DNA from: Callorhinchus milii
Taxonomy: Eukaryota
Length of the DNA stretch: 64,000 bases
Assembly: GCF_018977255.1 (NCBI RefSeq)
Contig: NW_024704742.1
Span: 5,582,001-5,646,000 of the forward strand
Direction of reading: 5' to 3'
Shown piece by piece: positions 53,641-64,000 of the stretch (within the stretch, counting starts at the first letter, position 1; the number at the start of each line of letters is the position of its first letter). Position numbers and translations under genes: made by a program. A model generated the notes under the pieces. The model saw nothing but the letters and a program-made list of their open reading frames with translations, was not told where the DNA came from and searched no databases.

Positions 53641-54984
53641 CCGGCATTGTAATTACACTGAGCCGAAAATTCCAGCTCGCTGGGTTGATCCTCTCCCGAT
53701 TTGTTCAGCTAACCGCAGTTAGGGTATCTCCAATTACCAGGAGGTGCCACCATTTGTGCGCCCCTCTGTCCCCCCCCTACTCCAAATCAAGGAATTCCAT
53801 TAAGAAATACCACAAATTAGATCCCAATAAGCATTAGCCTGATCGCAAAAGATCGTTATATGAGTTGCTGTTCTTTTGTTTTCTGATTGGAGCAATACCT
53901 CGCTTGCTGTGCTCTTATGAATGTTAAGAGCGGTAGAATTATATGTCTGAAATGGATACTGGTAAGTGAGTAGCAACGATTTAATCACAGAATGACAAAG
54001 TCATTGATTAATCTGTTGGATTTATTTATAGCATTTCACATCACGGGTAGGATGAAAAGTCACTGTTTAATCTGCGAGATTTATTTATTTATTTATAGAG
54101 TTTTGCGTCAATGGTTGTCACTGGACGTCAGTGACAGAATGCAGAATAGCTGATTTATTGCGGGTAAACAAGTTGTTTAACACAGTGTTCGAGAACTTTC
54201 ATCTTCAGTTCCACAGGAAATGGAGCTTCTGTTCTGGTTCAACGTGAAATGCTAAACCTGACATCAATTAACCAGATGTTTTACGTCAGATAGTTACAAG
54301 GGTTAGAATGCAATTGTGGGCTGATAAAATGTCACGTTTCATTTGATGGGATAATCACACCCATCAGTTTTGCCCACAAAATATACAATCACTACATTTT
54401 ACAGTATTCAGTGAAGCGCTTTGAGATGTCTCGAAGACATGATAAAGCGTTATATCAAATGCAAGGATTATTATTATTATTATACGATTTAAGTTTGATT
54501 CTGAATACACAGCTACAAAAGGTTCAGGGCCAGAGATACATTCTGTCAAGTGATTCTATTGAAGTGGACAAGATCAATCAACAAGATATAAGATATATCA
54601 ATAATATATGCTGGAATGCATTGCCCCAGAAGGCACTTTAGGGCAGAATCAATTGGAATGAAGATAATCTTTGCATTTGATGTTGTGCCTTATCAAAACA
54701 TCAAGACGTCTCAATCACACGATATACTGTAATGTATGTATATTACATTCGTATCTTATATAGTAGTGAATGGGTTTTGTGGGCAAACATGGCAGCTAGT
54801 TTGCGCACAGCAATATCCCACAAACAGCCATGCGTGACCAATTTTTTTGGGGGGGGATTTGGGGGGATCGTTGGGCAGAACACTTTCTCTTTTCGACGAG
54901 TGCCTGGGATCTTTAACATCCACCTGATCAGGCACACAGGATCTTGGCTTAAACTCTCATCCGAAGAATGAAATATTTAACACT

Positions 54985-55562
54985 CCCCATCTCCACACTC
55001 ACCTCTTTATAACACTCCCCAGACCCTTTGGCTCCCATCAACATCTTCTCTCCTGCGGCTCTGACCTCCTCAACCTACCCTGGCCTTTCCTTAAGACTTA
55101 CCAAATCTGTACATAACCTGGGCATCAGTTTCGGCCCTCAGTTGTCCTTCCTCCCCCACATCTGGTCCCTCACCAAGATCGCTTTCTTCCACCCTGTCGG
55201 ATTGTCCGCCTCCGACTGTACCTTACCCCCAGTGCAGCCAACACCCTTGTCCAGGCATTCGTCACGACCCCGATGCCCTCCTCGCCGGTCTCCCCAGCTC
55301 CACTCCCACAAACCACGACTGATTGAGAACTCCGCTGCTTGTATTCTCACCTACACTAAACTCTGTGCCCCCATCACGCCAGCCCTCGCCAGGCTCCACG
55401 GGCTTCCTATCACAGAACGGATCATTTCCAAGATCCTCTCACAAATCCCTGTCACCTCCCTACCGCTCTGGTCTGCTTCGACCTCAGGCTCCGCCACTGT
55501 CAAGTGCTCCAAGACACTACCCCATCTGGAGGGCCCTTTATAAATGCAAGTCGTGGTTGTTG
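54985..55562 (+). mobile_element. L2 LINE 3' fragment
   Basis: SVHNLGISFGPQLSFLPHI..IENSAACILT..ITPALARLHGLPI. Confidence 0.8.
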
Positions 55563-56979
55563 TATTAGTCAGTCTGGCTTCTTACTGCGATCGAATTGAG
55601 TTTTTAGTCATTGTGCAGCATTTCATCGCGCACAATACACGGTTGCGGGAAAAGACATCATTTTATTGCGACAAAAAAACCCGAAACGGTTATACGTGAG
55701 AAGCAGCGATCAATTGTGATATTCATGAAACAATTTGTAAATATTGACTTTCAGCAGATATCGCAATGTGGCTCTGACATGGCTTACACACCAATCTCAG
55801 CTTGGGTTCCCAGGTTGGTGCCGCAGATTAGTGACCGAGCAGATACCCAGGTCAACTACTTACAAATTCCTCAGCAAATCCCGCGAATTTGACCCCACTT
55901 TTGAGCAGAAGATCATTTTAAAAATGATTATTGGAGAACTAAATGTGTTGAAATTCTCGCCAAATCATCCGAACGGGCACTAAACATCATGTGTAGAAAA
56001 GTAAGACAGCAAATGAAACCTCGTAGATGTTTATTCCATCTTAAATACCCGATGTCAGCTACAAGATGCGGGTACATGACTTTTTTCACACCGCAAAGGT
56101 GAGAACGACAGAGTAAAATGGGGCATCGGGGCAGAGCATGGGGCGCAACCACCAAATTCTCTGTGTTCTATTCCATTCGTATACAACACCTTCTGGAATT
56201 CGAGTTTAATTCTGCTCATAGAAAATAAACAGAGCTGTCAATCTGCTTAGGAAATTATTGCTGACATCAGCAGAGCAAACTGTCAGCAGCACAGGTATAG
56301 CTGAGGACAGGCAGTGATCTGTGATGGATCACTGTACAAAAGGTTATTTTTATTCACAGAACACCAATTAAAGCAAGTCACCTTTGTGCCTGAGTAGAAA
56401 ATATTAACGTGGACGGAAGGGGGAAATGCTTACAGTCTTCCTTTCCGAGTTACATCAGACACACGTGCTATGACTTTCTGCAGTTATTATTCATTACATA
56501 TTGTATGATACAGAATCAGCGAATCTTACAGCATAGAAACAGACCGTTTCACCCATCACAGCTGCGCTGTCATTCTCACCACATGAGCAAATTAATCTAA
56601 TCCTACTCTCCTGCTTGCTCCCCATGACAATGTTGGCTCTTCCTATCGTTGCGAAGCAGAATTCACCAAACGTTGGCATGTTCACACATTAATAGGGAAC
56701 ACGAGCTGGGTTTAGACCATTGTGAGACATTACTTTTACAGGACTGATGCTGTATTCTTGCAAAAGTGCCCCCACAAATCCTAGCTCCTTTTAAAACATG
56801 ATATTTTGTGAATTGCGATCATTATCACGTTCATGTACTGAATTCTCCACCCTGTTATTATAAATACAGTGTGAAATCATCCAGTTGGGGCTATTTTGAT
56901 TGATGATTTCTGTATAGTCCTTGCAAAAAAATATTGCAGCTATTTCTTCCGTTACCTTCTGTCACATGAGAACTGCAAC

Positions 56980-57240
56980 ATAGAATCATAGAATTATACA
57001 GCACAGGAGGAGGCCATTTGGCCTATCGTGCCCGTGCCCGTGCTGGCTCTTCGAAAGAGCCGTCCAAATTAATCCCACTCCCCTGCTCTCTCCCCCCATA
57101 GCCTTGCAAATTTGTCCTCCCCAAGTATCTATCCACTTCTTCCTTGAAAGCTGTTATCGAATCTGCTTCTACCACCCTTTCAGGGCAGTGCGTTCCAGAT
57201 CCGACCAACTCGCTGTGTGAAGACGTGTTATTTCTGAAAC
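56980..57240 (-). mobile_element. CR1 LINE 3' end
   Basis: PERVVEADSITAFKEEVDRYL; inverted homolog of 51465-51692. Confidence 0.85.
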
Positions 57241-58220
57241 TCTCGCTCTTGGCATCATTTTTTCACAGAAACGGTCTGGCCATAATTGACCCTGACTCCC
57301 TGGTGTCATGGTACTATTCCCTCAGTCCGCGCCATTCAGGGCCGGGTAAATAAACTATCGATGTTAAGAAACAAAAGTGCACAAACAAAGTGATAGTAAA
57401 TAATAATAGCAGTAATCCTCACAATCGGTATAGAACCACTCATGTCAGAATGATGTCTCAAAGTTCTTCACAACCTATACTGTAAGTGCAGTGACTTTGT
57501 TTCGTGGGCAAATGCGGCACCAATTTTGCACACAGCAATGTCCCACAAACAGCCAATGAAATCTTCAATTTTTTTCAGGGGATTGTTGCCCAGGACACCA
57601 GGAGAAACTCCCTTCATATTTTGATTAGTTCTATGGGATCTTTAAGGTTTACTAGAACAGGCAAACAAATAAATAAAGCACTTTCGTTCATTTCAGCTCA
57701 TCCTACCAGACTACCCATCATCCTATCACAGTGTTAAATTTGTTTCTTTGATGGTCAAAATGGCCTGGGAATCTCTACCTTTTGGGGGTGAACGCAGCAA
57801 CCAATATATTGCACAGCAATATCCAACAAACAGCCATGAACAACCGATGTTATTTGGGAGATGATTGGTCCAAGAAACCAGGAGAAACTGCTTTCTCTTT
57901 CCAATTGTGCCTTCGAATCTTTAACATCTACCTGATCAGTTTAACATTTCTTCTGCAGGACGGCACCTCTAATACTGCCCTCCAATGGCAACTCCAACAT
58001 CCCAGCGCGATATTGGAATGACAGGTTAGACTGTGTCCTGACTTGATTTGCACCCACAACATTCAGATTCAGAAGCAAGAGTCGTACCAACTGAGCCGGG
58101 GTGTCACAGAATGCATCCCCTTAGAAATAATTTGCGAATTGCAAAACGTTTGCCTGCAAACACGGTCACTACACTTGATAGCGATTATCTGTGAAACACT
58201 TTGAGACACTTTGACCTTTT

Positions 58221-58680
58221 AATAACAATCCTTGCATTGAACATGGCGCCTTATCACACCTTCGAGACGTCTCAAAGCGCTTCGCAGAATATATCGTAAA
58301 GTGAATTGATTGTATATTTTGTGGGCGAAACCCGGCAGCCAATTACGCACTATCGGTGCCCCACAAACAGTCAGGGATTGAATGACTAAATTACTTTTTT
58401 TTAAGGGATTTATTACCCCCAGAAAAGTGATCCGCCGATTTACTATTAACCGGGTTCCTACTTACTGCTAGGTGAACAGAAGTGCGTGGAGTAAGGAAAC
58501 TTGTCCAATGTTTTGCCCGGCCCGGGAAATTGAACCCAACAACCGGGTTCCTACATACCGCTAGATAAACAGAGGCGTGTGGAGTAAGAAAACTTGCCCA
58601 AGGTTTTGCTCTGCCGGGAAGCAAAGCCAGGTCCTCTCGCTTGCGAGGCGAGCGCTCTAACCACTGAGCTACAGGGCTCC
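58221..58680 (-). mobile_element. SINE family A with internal tandem duplication
   Basis: Full head-to-tail copy; segment of about 90 bp repeated. Confidence 0.85.
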
Positions 58681-59699
58681 CAGCACCCTTCGTGGTCAGT
58701 GTAATTTAGACTCTCTTTCTGATCACAAATGTGACTGCTGACATCTTCCCCGAGAGTGACAGTTTTGTCGAGTCAGGTTGGCAGCTACAATGCCCTATCT
58801 ATATGAAGTGAAAGGAAGCCACGTGCTCTTGACATTTGTTTTTCCAGTCTCTCGCTCTGTTGACCACGTAAACCTTTAATACGATTACCAGAAACTGTTT
58901 GGCCGTAAATACAATTGAGGGAATTTACAAAAATTACAAAGCACTGCGTTTTACTGACAGTGTGGAAAATCTAGGAACAAAGTACCGGCTTTCCTTCAAT
59001 CGCCTGCAAACAAAACAATTTGCGCAGAACACAACAGATGATCACCAGACACGCGATCATCCTGTGAATCAACAGCTTCTGGATAAAACGGATGGGAATC
59101 GACACAAGTCATCATTCTGCCATTACACATTTGCCATCGGCCAGAATCTCGTTTGCTTTGCCTTGTGATGGTGCTGTTCAGCTTTGCCTGAGTAAAGCCC
59201 GGAAAACGTTGGGAATCAGCATTTCTTTTGTCCAGAGTGGGTTTTGACAGCGATGCGCTTTCTAACAAACAGTGGCAGTCTTGAGAGTTTGCACCCAACG
59301 GAACCGTGTCATTATCACGTGTAGTTTGACAGATATTATGGACTAATCCTAATATCACAGAGCCAGCTCGTGACTTTCAGAGAGTCAAGAGAGCTGGGAA
59401 ATTGTAAGGCACCACAAAGCTTTCAAAAAGAAACCATTACAACTTTCCCCAAAGAAACTTGTTGGTGTTTGTGATGATATGGATGTTAAGGTGAAATGCA
59501 ACGAAATACTAGGAGGAGAATCATAAATATGAGTAGCTGGCTCATTTCCTAGTTGACCCTAAATGCACACCATTTGGTCGATATACAGTCAAACCTCACT
59601 ATAATGAACCCTGCTCATAACAAGCCCCCGGGTTTAATGATCTCATTAACAATCCGGGAGGTCAGTGGGGAAGTGCACCTCTTTGACAGCCAAACCCTA

Positions 59700-60066
59700 T
59701 TGTAGCTCAGTGGTTAGAACATTCGCCTCGCAAGCCAGAGACCTGGGTTTGATTCCCGGGCAGGGCGAAACGTTGGGGAAGTTTCCTTACTCCACACGCC
59801 TCTGATTATTTAGCAGTAAGTAGGAACCTGGTTGTTAGTCGATTGGCTTTTCTGGGGGTAATAATTCCTTCAAAAAAAAAATAATAATTTGGTCACTTAA
59901 TCCACCACTGTTTGTGGGACGTTGCTGTGCGCAACTGGTTGCCGCGTTTCGCCCACAAAACGTAGTCACTACACTTTACAGTATTCAGTGAAGCGCTTTG
60001 AGACGTCTCGAAGACGTGATAAAGCATTATATCAAATGCAAGGATTATTATTATTGCTATTATTAT
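59700..60066 (+). mobile_element. SINE family A, near full-length
   Basis: tgtagctcagtggttagaac..tcaaatgcaaggattattatt. Confidence 0.88.
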
Positions 60067-61344
60067 GAATAATGGCAACATTGGTAATGGTAGGTGATGT
60101 GATTTAAGGATCCAACTGGGAAGAGGAATTATTTTCAAACACTGGAAACAGCCTCTTTGAGGGTATTCAGGGATATTAGCGAACCCCAAACTGAGTGAGG
60201 ACGGTATCTTGTGGACAAGACCATATTCACAATGGGCCTTGAGCAGTTCCCACTGTATACTATACTGCACTGCCTCAGTTCCTCCCTATGTGCAGACAGT
60301 TGATATTTCCATATGGATCAGTTAGAGCTAAGCTAGTGAGAAGTCAGATCAGAAAACATTACATCACGCAGGGTTTATGCAAAGCTGTTATAAACATCTG
60401 CGTACACAGCTCTCTATGGCCTTAATCCCTGGAAGCAAATCACTCTAACCTATCTGCTCCTCACACTATCATTGCCCAACTAGAGTTTTCACCAGCTGGT
60501 TTTAAACAGTCAGTCTGCTTTTAGTGGGACCTCTAAACTGTGGAGATGAAAGTCCTCGGGTTTAAAGTAAAAGTCGGTTGTTTCCACCTGTGGGTTTTAT
60601 GATGGGCCAACAATGGTCATGGAGCTTTTCAATGAATTTGAATCATCGAGGCAACCTCAGAACTTTAGTCCTGATCCCACATCCTCACCGTGTCTACAGC
60701 AGCACTGGTTATAAAGGTGGAACCGATAAGAGAAATCACGTCCTGCAGAAGATTTGTCTTTCATGGATGCTCTGAGCCCAGTCTGATCATGATTAAAATT
60801 CCATTTAAAATACATTCACCCGACACACTGTAATCGTCAACATTTCGAAATCAAACTTGACACTGTAAATCTGTGGGTGATCCGAGCTGTAGTGTGTGAC
60901 TCTTATTGAACTTTTGATAAGCCTTTTGATCTTTGAATTTGTGTATGTTATGCCTTATCATATTGTCAAATGTTTCAAACCACTTCACGGAATTTACTGT
61001 TAAATTTAGTGCTTTAGGTATTTGTAGGTAAACATGACAACTGATTTGCACGCAGCAATGTCTAAAAACAAGCATGAAATGAATGACTAATTTTATCTGG
61101 GGGTTGTGGGTCAGGACACCGGCAGAAACAAGCCTCTCTCTTGGTAATATGAGGAAACCCATCATCATGCTTAAGGGTATCCAAACCCAACCTGAGAATT
61201 CCATGTATCCCACCTACACATGGAAATTTCTGTGTTCGGAATGAATAGTGTCATGGAATCTTTAATGCCCCCCATGACAGGCAGAAGGGGCCTCAATTTA
61301 ACACCTTGCCCGAACGACAGCATCTCCAACACTGCCACAACAAC

Positions 61345-61800
61345 AACAACAACAACAAAATGACATTTATAGAGAGCCTTTCAAGTTGGGAGGTCATCCC
61401 AAAGCGCTGAACAGTCAGATGTCGGGGCCTGAGCATCGGGGAGGGGTTGTGTAGGGGTGAGGGAAGGCAGAGAGGTGGGAGAGAGACCAAAGGCACGGTT
61501 GAAGAGAAAGGTCTTGAGACCGGCCTTGAAGGAGGCGAGGGAGGAAGCGAGGCAAAGGGACCGTGGGATGGAGTTCCAGAGTGTGGGGGCTGAGAGGCTG
61601 AAAGCCCGGCCACCGATGGTAGGGCGGGTCGGGCGGGAGACATGGAGCAGACCAGAACCCGCTGAAGGGAGGCAGCAGGCAGGTTGGTAGGGAGTCAGCA
61701 GGTCAGAGAGGTAGGAGGGGGGAAGGCCATGGATGGCCTTGAAAGTGAGGACAAGGATCTTGAATTCGATCCTCTGGGGGATGGGGAGCCAGTGGAGCTG
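61345..61800 (-). mobile_element. Relatively young L2 LINE 3' end
   Basis: Open frame QLHWLPIPQRIEFKILVLTFKAIHGLPPSYLSDLL..GGRAFSLSAPTLWNSIP..FKAGLKTFLF; (TTG)n tail. Confidence 0.9.
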
Positions 61801-62929
61801 ATCTACAGCTTGTGAAGGGAAGCGTTGGGAAGGCCGATGAGGAAGGAGCGCTGTCACACTGAAGTGAGCCCACAACCTTCTGACTCAGAGGTGAGAGTGC
61901 TACCAACTGAGCCTCATGCCTTAATTAGAACTTTTAATGGCATACTTTTTCAATGTTCCAGTATCTCAGGGATTCCTCATTTGGCCAACTGAACTAGCAA
62001 ACATACTGGCTTGTTTTCACACTAGCTTGGGTGTGATTTGCACCACCAGCACTCACTACGCAACACATTTAAGGTAAATAAATTACAGCAATCAATTTCA
62101 TTCTGCCCTTATCATCATCTGTTGTGCCACATCTCTACCCATTTCTGCTGGGTTTATGCAACTGGCTACTGGGTGGACACCAAGGACTGGTCTAGTTTTG
62201 TGGTAGATAATCAGTATCCCTGATAGTGGAATGCTAAGCGACAACAGAACCTTTCACATTTTTCCCTGACTGGCTGCTCCCCAAATAGTTCTAGGGAAAA
62301 ATGACCAGAGCAAATTTCCCTGCGATTTAGTTACAGCTCACGGGCTCCTCTACTGTTACTTTTCTGCTGGACAATCAGGAACAAAGAATGTGAAACCTAA
62401 CGTTGTTATTGGGTCAACATGTGTCACTGAGCATCACTATTTGTGCCTGAGGATTTCAGCGAGACCATCACTGCAGATTAATGTGAATTTCCACTTGCAC
62501 TGTAGATTTTGTCCTTTTTCATTCCTTGCTCTTTCACTCTAAAGGTGAGTGATATTCTTTCCGCTATGTTAAGCTCTGAGTACACCTAATACTCTCCCAC
62601 TGAGGCTGATGCACAAAATTACTGAAAAGGAACCTGCTGAGGTCAAAACTATAAAAAAAATGAATTGCAGAGACTTGGCTTAAATCTTTCTAATCAGGAA
62701 CTGGAACTTTAGAGAAGACAGACAGCATGTGAGTCCAGACAGGAAGGAACTGAGTGTTCAATCGGAATTCACCAGTTAATAAATTCCTCATTAGGGGCTC
62801 AGCTGCCCGAGAGGGTTGCAGAATAAGAGGATAAGGCAGCAGAATTCAGAAGAATATAGTATAGCACATGCTCACGAGCTAATAAAATATCGGTTCCCGG
62901 GTTGGTGGATAACTCTGAGCTCCGGCCTT

Positions 62930-63365
62930 GGGAAACTCTTTCCCCCACTGCATGGTTTGTCTATTTTCCGAACTCTGAACGCCTGTGTTATCATGTATAC
63001 CAGGCTCCGCACCCACTCCATCACCCTAGTTCTTGTCAGGCTGCACTGCAGAATGGACCAATTTCAAGATCCTCATTCTCAATCTCAAATCTCTTCAAGC
63101 CCGAGCACCTCCCTGCGTTTCTGATCTGCTCGTATCTCACTCCACTAATCCCTGCCTTCGCTCAGCTGGCTTGGGTCTTCTGCATCTCTTCAAATCTCCG
63201 GAACTGCCCGCTTTAATCTCTCTGTTTTGACCTCTCTTTGCCCATCTTCAAATCACACCTGCCTTTGGTCATCTCCCCCCCCTACCCCAGACTGGTGTCA
63301 AGCCACTTTGCTGTTAAGCACTCCGAGATGCTACCCTGTGTTGTTGTTGTTTACTGTTGTTGTTG
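62930..63365 (+). mobile_element. Degenerate L2 LINE 3' end
   Basis: HSITLVLVRLH..FKIL motifs; (TTG)n tail. Confidence 0.7.
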
Positions 63366-63697
63366 TTGGAACCTAATTGAGGTCCCTAGCGACCTTGCCA
63401 GAGGTGCCCTCATTCTCACTTGATGGGCGATGTGCAAAGGTTATGAACCTCCCCTGGTATATCTGAGCAGATTCAACCAGAGCAGAAAAACCTTAAATCC
63501 GTTCATTTCAACCCTATAGTGTTTACATCTACAACCTTGGTCTCTCAGTCAAAGATACAATGGTGCATTGAGATAGTCATCCATTGCGTCCAGCACGTAC
63601 TGTGTGCATTGCCCATCATACTGGTTTGCTATATGTAATAGGCCTGAAACAATAGGTGAGCAACTGTCACAAATAATCTGTAAATAAAAGGTAAGGT

Positions 63698-63813
63698 ACT
63701 GCAGAGGCTGGAAATCTGATATAAACACAGTCGCCAGGAACACGCAGCAGATCAGGCAGCGTCTATGGAGAGAGGAAAATGAGTTAACGTTTCAATGACC
63801 TTTTGTCAGAACT
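63698..63813 (-). mobile_element. Penelope-like pLTR relic with minimal hammerhead-like motif
   Basis: Reverse complement AGTT-CTGACAA-AAGGTCATT-GAAACGTT-AACT..tagacgctgcctgatctgctg..tcagatttccagcctctgcag. Confidence 0.6.
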
Positions 63814-64000
63814 GAACACTCTGTAAGTATCGCGTCTGCAGCTTAGCTGCAAGTCAGTACAGAATTATGTTCTGAAAAATAGAGGGCTAGATTGCCAGAA
63901 GATTTATACAATCCTAGCACAAATCCTGTTTACCCAATTCTGGAAACTATCAGGCGCTGGTTGGCAAGAGCCAAGGCTTGGGGACCCCAGAGTGTGCGTT

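Noticed and set aside
59585..59650. Tigger-like TIR (TA-CAGTCAAACCTC)
   Set aside because: Only one end was found, so the element could not be delimited
61381..61875. 164-aa ORF as a host gene
   Set aside because: It is the C-terminus of L2 ORF2, not a cellular gene
63549..63743. Minus-strand exon candidate (..GLLHIANQYDGQCTQYVLDAMDDYLNAPLYL)
   Set aside because: Start lies in a repeat relic and no homology was recognised

Overview
This is eukaryotic vertebrate genomic DNA. The repeat landscape (Deu-domain tRNA SINEs, L2 and CR1 LINEs, Penelope-type pLTR relics) suggests a cartilaginous fish, possibly a chimaera; this is inference. The + strand carries coding exons 2-7 and the 3'UTR of KCMF1 (ZZ- and C2H2/Di19-zinc-finger E3 ligase, UBR4 partner). 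Exon 1 (MSRHEG, 16 coding nt) was not found and probably lies upstream of the window. Exon sizes 168/140/102/175/283/262 plus 16 give 1146 nt, i.e. 381 aa plus stop. Intron 4 (30838-33135) is a minor-spliceosome (U12) intron with unusual AT-AT termini. The rest of the window is intronic or intergenic and dense in retroelements. It includes a young SINE with an intact tRNA-Ala-like cloverleaf, SINE/L2 tail chimeras, degenerate minimal hammerhead-ribozyme motifs, a hAT MITE nested in a SINE, a 150-bp inverted repeat pair and candidate developmental enhancers. No further protein-coding gene could be recognised in 41-64 kb. Most ORFs in the supplied track are spurious or repeat-derived.
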